Source: an uncultured Synechococcus sp. (GTDB lineage Bacteria; Cyanobacteriota; Cyanobacteriia; PCC-6307; Cyanobiaceae). From it: 64,000 nt of DNA. The notes beneath the pieces were generated by a model. It ran no database searches. It was not told the DNA's origin and saw nothing but the letters and a program-made list of their open reading frames with translations. Position 1 is the first letter of the stretch. Every line of letters begins with the position of its first letter. The stretch spans positions 9,962 through 73,961 of the forward strand of contig CAJWYF010000005.1 of NCBI GenBank assembly GCA_913049535.1, written 5' to 3'. A program made the position numbers and the translations under genes. Shown here one piece after another: positions 27,457 to 35,409 of this stretch.

Positions 27457-28604
27457 TGAGTGCCGCTGCAGCGCTCCAGCACCTCGAGCACGCTGCCCAG
27501 GGCATGGTCAGGCAGCTGGGGCCGCAGGCTCAAGCGCAGCATCGCCTCGCCCTCCGGCACCGTCGGTGGTCGGATCGGCACCACCAAAAGGCCGCGCTGC
27601 TCCAGTGCGGCAGCGGCTTCATTGGCGCGGCGGTCATCCCCCAGTTTGATGGCCAGCACCGGACCTTGCCCCGGCGGGCGTGGCCAGCCGGATGCTGCGA
27701 TCGCCGCTCGCCACTGCTCGGCCGTGTTGCACAGCTGTTGGCGTCGCACGTCCCCTTCTGCCCCTGCAATCAGTCGCAGGGCCGCCAGTGCCGCTGCGGC
27801 CAGTGGCGGCGCCAAGGCGGTGGTGTAGCGGAAGGCGCCACTGCCCTGTAGCAGGGCGTCCCCCAGGGCTTGATCGCAGGCCAGAAAGGCGCCGCCGCTG
27901 CCGAAGGCCTTGCCGAAGGTGCCGCAGAGCAGGCTGATGCCTTGATGCCCGTGCCCCAGACCGCGTCCACCAGGGCCCAGGACCCCCAGGGCATGGGCTT
28001 CATCGAGCAGTAGGGCTGCATCGTGCTGATGGCAGAGCCCAACGAGGGCGCTGATGTCTGGGCTGCTGCCCTCCATGGAAAACAGGCTTTCGCTGAGCAC
28101 CACCAGTTGTCGCTGGGGGTCGTCGCGCCGTTGCTGCATCAGCCGTTGCTGCAGATCGCTGAGGTCGTTATGGGCAAAGCGCTGCAGCCTGGCGCCGCAG
28201 GCGCGCACGCCCACCAAAAGCGAGTGGTGGATCCGCCGGTCGGCCAGCACCAGGCTGTGACGGTCAGCCAGGATCTGCAGGGCGGCGATATTGGCCTGAA
28301 AGCCACTGGGATAGAGCAGGACCCGCTCTCTCCCCAGCCAGTTCGCCAGCTCGTGTTCCAGGGCTTGGTGCTCCGGCCGGCTGCCGCTCACCAGCCGCGA
28401 GGCTCCGCTGCCAACGCCGCTGCGGCTGATGCAATCGATGGCGGCCTGTTTGAGCAGGGGATGGTCGCTCAGCGCCAGGGTGTTGTTGCTGGCCAGATCC
28501 AGCAGGGCTGAGGCGGGCTCCTCGGCCAGATGTCCGGCACCCTGGTGCACAAACGTGCGCAACCGGCGGCGGCGATGCGGACTCTGCTCACCCATAGGAT
28601 TCAT
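27453..28604 (-). CDS. bioF: 8-amino-7-oxononanoate synthase
   Basis: GSGASRLVSG, SGFQAN, ESLFSMEG, LDEAHALG, GTFGKAFG, YTTALAP, IRPPTVP. Confidence 0.92.
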   Translation of the reverse strand: MNPMGEQSPHRRRRLRTFVHQGAGHLAEEPASALLDLASNNTLALSDHPLLKQAAIDCISRSGVGSGASRLVSGSRPEHQALEHELANWLGRERVLLYPSGFQANIAALQILADRHSLVLADRRIHHSLLVGVRACGARLQRFAHNDLSDLQQRLMQQRRDDPQRQLVVLSESLFSMEGSSPDISALVGLCHQHDAALLLDEAHALGVLGPGGRGLGHGHQGISLLCGTFGKAFGSGGAFLACDQALGDALLQGSGAFRYTTALAPPLAAAALAALRLIAGAEGDVRRQQLCNTAEQWRAAIAASGWPRPPGQGPVLAIKLGDDRRANEAAAALEQRGLLVVPIRPPTVPEGEAMLRLSLRPQLPDHALGSVLEVLERCSGTQ

Positions 28605-28606
28605 CC

Positions 28607-31396
28607 ATGACTTCCGCCACCGCCGACGCCGCTGCTGCTGACGGTGGACTGCATCGCTCGGACCCGGGAGGTCTGGATCCGTCGGTGCTGTTTCCCTTCC
28701 CCCTCGATGACTTCCAGTTGGAGGCCATCGCTGCATTGAACCAGGGCCATTCGGTGGTGGTGAGTGCGCCCACCGGATCCGGCAAAACCCTGATCGGTGA
28801 ATACGCCATTCACCGGGCTCTGGCCCACGGCCAACGCGTGTTCTACACGACCCCTTTGAAGGCGCTCTCCAACCAGAAGCTGCGCGACTTCAGAGAGCAG
28901 TTCGGCGCTGAGAAGGTCGGTCTGATGACCGGTGATCTGACCGCCAATCGGGAAGCTCCGATCGTGGTGATGACCACCGAGATCTTCCGCAACATGCTCT
29001 ATGCGGAACTCGATGACGGCATCGATCCGCTGGAGGGCGTGGAGGCGGTGGTGCTGGATGAGTGCCACTACATGAATGACTCCCAGCGCGGCACCGTCTG
29101 GGAGGAATCCATCATCCACTGCCCGCCTCCAATCCAGCTGGTGGCGCTCTCAGCAACGGTTGCCAATGCCGGGCAGTTGACCGACTGGATCGAGCAGGTG
29201 CATGGCCCCAGCGATCTGATCGTCAGCGACTACCGGCCGGTGCCGCTGCAGTTCAGCTTCTGCAGCGCCAAGGGGCTGCATCCGTTGCTCAATGATCAGG
29301 GCACAGGCCTGCATCCCAACTGCAAGGTGTGGCGCGCCCCCAAGGGCCATCACCGCCGCGGCAAAAACCCCAAGCCGCCCCAGCCTGAACCGCCCTCGAT
29401 GGCCTTTGCGGTGGCGCAGCTGGTCGATCGTCAGATGGTGCCTGCGATCGTCTTTCTCTTCAGTCGGCGGGGCTGTGACAAGGCCGTACGCGATCTGCTC
29501 AAGGCCTCTTTGGTGAATGAGCAGGAGGCGGCGGAATTACGCCGCCGCTTTGATGCCTTTGCCCGCAATTCACCGGAGGCGGTGCGTGACGGCGTTCATG
29601 CCGAAGCCCTGCTGCGCGGTGTGGCCGCCCACCATGCCGGCGTGCTGCCGGCGTGGAAGGAGTTGATCGAAGAGCTCTTCCAGGCCGGTCTGGTGAAAGT
29701 GGTGTTTGCCACTGAAACCCTCGCTGCTGGCATCAACATGCCGGCCCGCACCACGGTGATCTCCTCGCTCTCCAAGCGCACCGAGAACGGGCATCGGCCG
29801 CTGATGGCCAGTGAATTTCTGCAGATGGCCGGCCGCGCCGGCCGCCGCGGGCTCGATACCCAGGGCTACGTGGTGACGATGCAGAGCCGTTTTGAGGGGG
29901 TCCGGGAGGCCGGTCAGCTGGCCACCAGTCCTCCTGATCCGCTGGTCAGTCAGTTCATGCCCAGCTACGGCATGGTGCTCAACCTGCTGGCCCGCTACGA
30001 CCTCGACAAGGCCAAGGAGCTGGTGGAGCGGAGCTTTGGGCGCTACCTGGCCACCCTCGATCTGGCCGAGGATCAGGCGCGCATCGCTGAACTGCGCCAG
30101 CAGCTGGAGCTGCTCGGAGAGTCGGTGCCCGATGTCCCCTGGGAGGACTTCGAGGACTACGAAAAGCAGCGCGGCCGCTTGCGGGAAGAGCGACGCTTGC
30201 TGCGCATCCTGCAGCAGCAGGCCGAGGAGACCCTGGCCCATGAGCTGACGCTGGCCTTGCAGTTCGCCAGCCCCGGCACCTTGGTGAGCCTGAAGGCCCC
30301 CCAGCTCAAGGGGGCTGTCGCAGCAGCGGTGATTGTCGACAAGCTCGATGGTCCTGGGCAGTTCCCGCTGCTGCAGTGCCTCACCGAGGACAACATCTGG
30401 ATCGTTGTCCCTTGCAACGCTGTGGTGGGACTGCATGCCGAGCTCAGCTGCCTGCAGGTCGACGAGATCGCCACCCCAGCAATGGAGCGTCCTGGTGAAT
30501 TGCGCCACGGCGATCAGACCAGCGGAGGGCTTGCTCTGGCGGTGGCGGCGATGGCCCGCCGGCATGACATGCACACCCCCCAGTACGACCTGGCTGGGGA
30601 GGTGCGTGAGCATGCCGAACTGGTGCACGCCCTCGAGGAGGAGCTGGAACTGCATCCCGCCCATCGCTGGGGTGATCGCAAGCAGCTCAAGAAGCAGCGG
30701 CGGCGCATGGAGGAGCTGGAGCTGGAGATCGCCGAGCGTCAGCAGGTGCTGCACCAACGGGCCAATCGCCACTGGGAGACGTTCCTTTCGCTGATCGAAA
30801 TCCTGCAGCATTTCGGCTGCCTGGATGAGCTGGAACCCACCGAGATCGGTCGCACGGTGGCGGCGCTGCGGGGGGATAACGAGCTCTGGCTTGGTCTGGC
30901 CTTGATGAGCGGCCACTGTGATGAGCTCTCTCCCTCAGATCTGGCTTCGGTGCTGGAGGCGATCTCCACAGAAGTCAGCCGGCCTGATCTTTGGACGGCG
31001 TATCCGCCACCACCACAAGCTGAGGAGGTGCTGCATGACATCCGCGGGCTCAGGCGTGAGCTCCTGCGTCAGCAGGAGCGCCACAACGTGCTGTTCCCGG
31101 TCTGGTGGGAGCCGGATCTAATGGGGCTGGTGAAGGCCTGGGCCGATGGCGAAAGCTGGAGTGATCTGATCGCCAACACCTCACTCGATGAAGGCGATGT
31201 GGTCCGCTTGCTACGTCGCACTGTCGATCTGCTGGCCCAGCTTCCCTATTGCCCTGCGGTGAGTGAGGAGTTGCGCCGTAATGGCCGCCGGGCGCTGCAG
31301 CTGATCAATCGCTTCCCGGTGAAGGAAGCAGTGGTGGAAGGTGTGGTGGATGATTCGCTCAATCCGGCCACTCAGCGGGCTGCTGGGACTGACTAG
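28607..31396 (+). CDS. Ski2-like SF2 DEAD/DEAH RNA helicase (HelY family)
   Basis: APTGSGKT, TPLKALSNQK, DECH, LSAT, HHAG, FATETLAAGINMPA, QMAGRAGRRG. Confidence 0.92.
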   Translation: MTSATADAAAADGGLHRSDPGGLDPSVLFPFPLDDFQLEAIAALNQGHSVVVSAPTGSGKTLIGEYAIHRALAHGQRVFYTTPLKALSNQKLRDFREQFGAEKVGLMTGDLTANREAPIVVMTTEIFRNMLYAELDDGIDPLEGVEAVVLDECHYMNDSQRGTVWEESIIHCPPPIQLVALSATVANAGQLTDWIEQVHGPSDLIVSDYRPVPLQFSFCSAKGLHPLLNDQGTGLHPNCKVWRAPKGHHRRGKNPKPPQPEPPSMAFAVAQLVDRQMVPAIVFLFSRRGCDKAVRDLLKASLVNEQEAAELRRRFDAFARNSPEAVRDGVHAEALLRGVAAHHAGVLPAWKELIEELFQAGLVKVVFATETLAAGINMPARTTVISSLSKRTENGHRPLMASEFLQMAGRAGRRGLDTQGYVVTMQSRFEGVREAGQLATSPPDPLVSQFMPSYGMVLNLLARYDLDKAKELVERSFGRYLATLDLAEDQARIAELRQQLELLGESVPDVPWEDFEDYEKQRGRLREERRLLRILQQQAEETLAHELTLALQFASPGTLVSLKAPQLKGAVAAAVIVDKLDGPGQFPLLQCLTEDNIWIVVPCNAVVGLHAELSCLQVDEIATPAMERPGELRHGDQTSGGLALAVAAMARRHDMHTPQYDLAGEVREHAELVHALEEELELHPAHRWGDRKQLKKQRRRMEELELEIAERQQVLHQRANRHWETFLSLIEILQHFGCLDELEPTEIGRTVAALRGDNELWLGLALMSGHCDELSPSDLASVLEAISTEVSRPDLWTAYPPPPQAEEVLHDIRGLRRELLRQQERHNVLFPVWWEPDLMGLVKAWADGESWSDLIANTSLDEGDVVRLLRRTVDLLAQLPYCPAVSEELRRNGRRALQLINRFPVKEAVVEGVVDDSLNPATQRAAGTD

Positions 31397-31479
31397 GACA
31401 GTCCTTCAATCACTGAAATTCTGCCGCCGCTAGTTATCGGACTGGCTCTGAAAGTTTGGAAGGCTGTCTTAGCAGGCTT

Positions 31480-31710
31480 TTATTTATCGGTCGGTTGCCA
31501 GAGCGGCGAACCAATCGGCGGCATGACCTCAGCAAGTTCCAGCATCTGGGCGTGAGTGAAGCCGATCTCACTATTGAAGACAGCAGTGAGGTGGTCCCGC
31601 GATAACTCGAGTCCTTCTAGGACAGCTGCTTCACGGCTGGAGGCATTGGTGGGCTCAAGGCGCGACTGGTGGCCATCCCAGAAGCAGAGCCAGTAATTGG
31701 GGTTGTTCAT
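31480..31710 (-). CDS. Hypothetical protein, 76 aa
   Basis: ATG-started ORF 6 nt downstream of the neighbouring co-oriented ORF. Confidence 0.5.
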   Translation of the reverse strand: MNNPNYWLCFWDGHQSRLEPTNASSREAAVLEGLELSRDHLTAVFNSEIGFTHAQMLELAEVMPPIGSPLWQPTDK

Positions 31711-31716
31711 GACTGC

Positions 31717-31917
31717 TCATCCGAGCTGTTCAACGGGTGCGTCGGTGGGCGTGTCAGTGGGTGCATCGATTACTGAGACTGTTAAACCCATTAACCCAAG
31801 TGCCGCAATGCAGATAACAAAAGTGCGAATGGACACTCCCTTGGCTTGATTGGGTGCGAACGCTTCACGAATGGACGAGGTTGTTTTGATCGTGGTCCGG
31901 TTGGTGTTGTCGGTCAT
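31717..31917 (-). CDS. Small single-TM hypothetical protein, 66 aa
   Basis: GAGGT Shine-Dalgarno upstream; hydrophobic FVICIAALGLMGLTVSVI. Confidence 0.6.
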   Translation of the reverse strand: MTDNTNRTTIKTTSSIREAFAPNQAKGVSIRTFVICIAALGLMGLTVSVIDAPTDTPTDAPVEQLG

Positions 31918-31972
31918 GGTTTGACCTCTGTTTCGACCCTTTCACTATCACTGCCATTGATGGTTCCCCGCT

Positions 31973-31997
31973 TCCCCCAAAAGGGTGAATTGCCCTT
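31973..31997 (-). promoter_or_regulatory. Repeated upstream element, copy 1
   Basis: + strand TCCCCCAAAAGGGTGAATTGCCCTT; 21/25 identical to copy 3. Confidence 0.55.
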
Positions 31998-32002
31998 GGC
32001 CC

Positions 32003-32134
32003 TTATTGCCGCCTGCCGAGCACGTAACCGATCAGTAATCCAGAGCCAACGTTCAGTAAGGCCATTTGCAGGCGCTCCAGATCCTTGTCACTCATGCCTC
32101 TGCTGAACGCCAATGCACCAGAGATCAGCAGCAT
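32003..32134 (-). CDS. Small hydrophobic ORF, 43 aa (not in ORF track)
   Basis: MLLISGALAFSRGMSDKDLERLQMALLNVGSGLLIGYVLGRRQ; translated by hand. Confidence 0.5.
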   Translation of the reverse strand: MLLISGALAFSRGMSDKDLERLQMALLNVGSGLLIGYVLGRRQ

Positions 32135-32142
32135 GAAAACCG

Positions 32143-32325
32143 CTAGCCAATAGACACGCCCCTTGCTTTGGCGCTTGCCTGAACCACTTGATCCTCTGCT
32201 CGATATCGATCTCCCAGTTGGTGGTTGCTTGACCCCGCTGCATCGGTTTGGCTCAAGCGCTTGGCCTCCGCTTCATCCCGGGCCATTTCCTCTTCGACCT
32301 GGCGGAGTTGTTCTTTGGGGTCCAT
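32143..32325 (-). CDS. Small charged ORF, 60 aa
   Basis: MDPKEQLRQVEEEMARDEAEAKR...; GGAGG 9 nt upstream of ATG. Confidence 0.55.
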   Translation of the reverse strand: MDPKEQLRQVEEEMARDEAEAKRLSQTDAAGSSNHQLGDRYRAEDQVVQASAKARGVSIG

Positions 32326-32386
32326 CCGCTCAGCCTCCCGTAGTCGCTGGGGTCGTGGCGAGGAAAGCAGGGAAAGCTGGCTGCTG

Positions 32387-32530
32387 CTACCGGAAACGGG
32401 TCTCGATCTCCAGGGGTTGATTGGCTGGTGGTGCCAGCTCGAGGCTGTAGGCGGTGAACCCGACGCAGGCGAGCAGGGAGACGGCGATGACCAGCGGCCA
32501 AGTGCCAAAGATTTCTTGGAGGACTTTCAT
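32387..32530 (-). CDS. Small single-TM ORF, 47 aa (not in ORF track)
   Basis: MKVLQEIFGTWPLVIAVSLLACVGFTAYSLELAPPANQPLEIETRFR; 9 nt after upstream ORF. Confidence 0.5.
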   Translation of the reverse strand: MKVLQEIFGTWPLVIAVSLLACVGFTAYSLELAPPANQPLEIETRFR

Positions 32531-32539
32531 CGTTCAGGT

Positions 32540-32644
32540 TCAGAGGATGATTTCGGTGCGTGTGTTGCGCTCTGCCATCGCATTGATCAAGGTGCGGGCA
32601 GTCAGTGCGAAAGCGGTGCTGGCGATGACGGCGACGAGGGTCAT
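32540..32644 (-). CDS. Small hydrophobic ORF, 34 aa (not in ORF track)
   Basis: MTLVAVIASTAFALTARTLINAMAERNTRTEIIL; GGAG upstream. Confidence 0.45.
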   Translation of the reverse strand: MTLVAVIASTAFALTARTLINAMAERNTRTEIIL

Positions 32645-32694
32645 GGGTCTTGCTCCGATGCCTTCACCATCACGCCGGAGCCAGCATCAGTGGA

Positions 32695-32715
32695 TCCCCA
32701 AAGGAGTGAATGGCC
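32695..32715 (-). promoter_or_regulatory. Repeated upstream element, copy 2
   Basis: + strand TCCCCAAAGGAGTGAATGGCC. Confidence 0.45.
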
Positions 32716-32773
32716 AACAACAACTCCTGCTTCAGCAGGGGCAGGCAGCGCTCGCCACTCTTGGGTTTGATCA

Positions 32774-33502
32774 TCAGAGACTTAATCCATAGATGGTTGC
32801 GAATTCATCCTGAAATGGAGAAGCTTTCAGGAGCTCGGTAATACCCAATTCGTCCTGCCAATCGATGATCGATCGTTCCCAGCCCTCTTCCCAGCGAGGC
32901 GAGAAAAGATCAGGCACCTTTTGACCAACGGTGATGCCAAAACCGATGGCATCCCAGATCAATCGGTGCTCACTTGGCTCGTAGGCACCACGTAGCATCC
33001 ACGAGGACAGAATTCCAATCTGAAAAGGGCTTGATCCAGAGCTTGCATAAAATGCTGTCGCTGCGGCTTCACCTGCGACGGTGATCGGAAGACCAAGAAT
33101 CGTGTGGTGAATTTCGTGCAGACGCGCACCTCTTGTGATGACGAACTCTTCATCCGTTTGGGATTCTGGCACCTGAGCCTGATTCACTAAAAAAGAAATA
33201 CCCAGCCTCTCCAGGCGGCGTTGGACGCACCATCCAAGGCTTCCTTGGGGCATGGCAGCCATCTGCTCAAAATCTGGCCAAATCTGTGAAGGCCGGTTGG
33301 CAAGCAAGGCCTGAACTTTCGGGGTGGCCAGGGTTCTTTCTAGAATGCTTTTTTCCAGCTTGGTGTTTGCTGGAATGCCAAAATATCGGGCGTGTTGGAA
33401 GGCTTTGTGAGGCTGTTTTGCTGTCTGCAGAATGGAAATCCCTAGTTTTGCAGCACCCTTGGAAAATGAGGAGCGGACGTAATGCTGTTGTTTTGAAGTC
33501 AT
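32774..33502 (-). CDS. Coq4-family protein
   Basis: MPQGSLG, RLHEIHHTILG...AGEA (Coq4 HDxxH-x-E type metal motif); start 33502 preferred, 33523/33526 possible. Confidence 0.75.
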   Translation of the reverse strand: MTSKQQHYVRSSFSKGAAKLGISILQTAKQPHKAFQHARYFGIPANTKLEKSILERTLATPKVQALLANRPSQIWPDFEQMAAMPQGSLGWCVQRRLERLGISFLVNQAQVPESQTDEEFVITRGARLHEIHHTILGLPITVAGEAAATAFYASSGSSPFQIGILSSWMLRGAYEPSEHRLIWDAIGFGITVGQKVPDLFSPRWEEGWERSIIDWQDELGITELLKASPFQDEFATIYGLSL

Positions 33503-33552
33503 CGCTTGATGAAGCTCTGCCATCAATGTCGCTGGAACCCCAGAAGATGTGC

Positions 33553-33577
33553 TCCCCCGAAAGGGTGATTGGCCCCT
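33553..33577 (-). promoter_or_regulatory. Repeated upstream element, copy 3
   Basis: + strand TCCCCCGAAAGGGTGATTGGCCCCT. Confidence 0.55.
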
Positions 33578-33734
33578 GAGACTTTGCTGAGTTGGCGACA
33601 GAACAAGCCACAGCCCTCGCCGTAGCAGGGGCCGTGGCTTGCTCAGCCTGGGGATGGATCACGGCAGCCCGTGCCCTGCTTCCCCATGCGCTGGTGAGCT
33701 GTGCCTCAGTCTCCGCAGAGACAACGCCGACGGA

Positions 33735-35030
33735 TCAGATCGCCAAACGGGCGTAGATGGTGTCGAGCTGGGCTTGATGCCGCTCGGTGCTGAAGCAGTC
33801 CGCCAGCTGCTCAGCGCTGATGCGTTCGGTGACCTCCGGATCGTTCTCGAGCGCCTTGCGGAAGTTGCCGCCCTCCACGTTCCAGGCGGCGTGGGCATGG
33901 CCCTGCACCAGCCGGTAGGCGTCTTCTCTGCTCATGCCGCTCTCCACCAGGGCCAACAGCACCGTTTGGCTGAACACCACACCGCCGTAGCGATTCATGT
34001 TGCGCAGCATCGTGTCGGGATACACCTGCAGGCCACTGACCACCTTGGTCATCTCCCGCAGCATGAAGTGCAGGGTGGCGCTCACATCAGGCAGCATCAT
34101 GCGCTCCACTGAGCTGTGGCTGATGTCCCGCTCGTGCCAGAGCGCCACGTTCTCCAGGGCCGCCACCGTGTAGCTGCGCAGCACGCGGGCCAGCCCACTG
34201 ATGCGCTCGCTGCGGATGGGGTTGCGCTTGTGGGGCATGGCCGAACTGCCCTTCTGCCCCTTGGCGAAGGCTTCCTCCACCTCCAGCACATCACTGCGCT
34301 GCAGGTTGCGGATTTCCGTGGAGAAGCGCTCCAGGGCGGTGCCCACCAAGGCCAGGGTCTGCACGTAATCAGCGTGCCGGTCGCGGCTGATCACCTGGGT
34401 GCTGGCTGGATCAGGCCGCAGCCCGAGCAGTTCACAGGCTCGTTCTTCGATCTGGGGCTCGGTGTTGGCGTAGTTGCCCATTGCGCCACTGATCTGGCCG
34501 ACGCTGACGGCTTTCTGCAGTCGCTTGAGGCGTTTGATGTTGCGCTCGGTTTCCGCCAGCCAACCGGCGAGCTTGAAGCCAAAGGTGATGGGCTCACCGT
34601 GGATGGCGTGGGAACGCCCGATCATCACGGTGTGTTTGTGGGCCCGTGCCTGCATCCGGATGGCTTCTGCCAGCTTGTCCAGCTCCTGGCGCAGCAGCTG
34701 CACCGATGCCCGCAGCTGCAGGGCCAGGCCCGTGTCGAGCACGTCGGAGCTGGTCATGCCGACATGGATGTAACGCCCGGCATCGCCCACATGCTCGTTG
34801 ACGTTGGTGAGGAACGCGATCACGTCGTGACGCACCTCCGCCTCGATCTCAAGGATCCGCTCGCGACTGAAGGCTGCCTTGTCTTTGATCGTCGCCAAGG
34901 CCTCAGCCGGCACGCGCCCCTGATCGGCTTGAGCCTCACAGACAGCAACCTCAACGTCCAGCCAGCTCTGGAACTTGGCCTCCTCGGTCCAGATCCCGCC
35001 CATCTCCGGCAGGGTGTAGCGCTCGATCAA
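33735..35030 (-). CDS. purB: Adenylosuccinate lyase
   Basis: MIERYTLPEMG, RHDVIAF, GMTSSDVLDT, GRSHAIHGEP, GSSAMPHKRNP. Confidence 0.96.
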   Translation of the reverse strand: MIERYTLPEMGGIWTEEAKFQSWLDVEVAVCEAQADQGRVPAEALATIKDKAAFSRERILEIEAEVRHDVIAFLTNVNEHVGDAGRYIHVGMTSSDVLDTGLALQLRASVQLLRQELDKLAEAIRMQARAHKHTVMIGRSHAIHGEPITFGFKLAGWLAETERNIKRLKRLQKAVSVGQISGAMGNYANTEPQIEERACELLGLRPDPASTQVISRDRHADYVQTLALVGTALERFSTEIRNLQRSDVLEVEEAFAKGQKGSSAMPHKRNPIRSERISGLARVLRSYTVAALENVALWHERDISHSSVERMMLPDVSATLHFMLREMTKVVSGLQVYPDTMLRNMNRYGGVVFSQTVLLALVESGMSREDAYRLVQGHAHAAWNVEGGNFRKALENDPEVTERISAEQLADCFSTERHQAQLDTIYARLAI

Positions 35031-35056
35031 AGGTCCAGCTCAACCAATCGACCAAA

Positions 35057-35275
35057 TTAGCCGGGGCTGAGACTGCGGCGAGCCACTTCCCACTGGACCA
35101 TGGGGCCCCAGGCTTGTTGGCGCACCCAGCAACGGCGGCCCTCACAACGGATCAGCTCAAAGGCGGGCAGATCACTGGGGTGGTGCTGCAGCTTGACAAA
35201 GCTCCCCGGTGCCAGGCGCTGGGGAAAGGGCACCACGTCCCCGCTGGATTCGTGGCGTTGGATCGTTTGAGCCAT
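35057..35275 (-). CDS. Conserved small cyanobacterial hypothetical protein
   Basis: 72 aa, LPAFELIRCEGRRCWVRQQAWG; fits the purB-tlyA gap. Confidence 0.6.
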   Translation of the reverse strand: MAQTIQRHESSGDVVPFPQRLAPGSFVKLQHHPSDLPAFELIRCEGRRCWVRQQAWGPMVQWEVARRSLSPG

Positions 35276-35409
35276 CGACCCTCAGGCGTTGGATAGATCT
35301 TCGCGGGGTTTTTCCTTCTGTGAGAAGTCCGTCTGGATTTCCTCGGATTTGCAGGCGAGCTCTGTGATGGAATGCAATTGAACCCCTGCAACCAGGGCGT
35401 ATTTGCCCT

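Noticed and set aside
7339-27704. HIP1 octamer GCGATCGC (seen near 7339, 16008 and 27697)
   Set aside because: Only scattered copies, not the high density of HIP1-rich cyanobacteria; not a repeat feature
31397-31468. Imperfect inverted repeat GACAGTCCTTC / GAAGGCTGTC after the helicase stop
   Set aside because: Only about 10 bp with a bulge and a 50-nt spacer; could be chance or a weak convergent terminator
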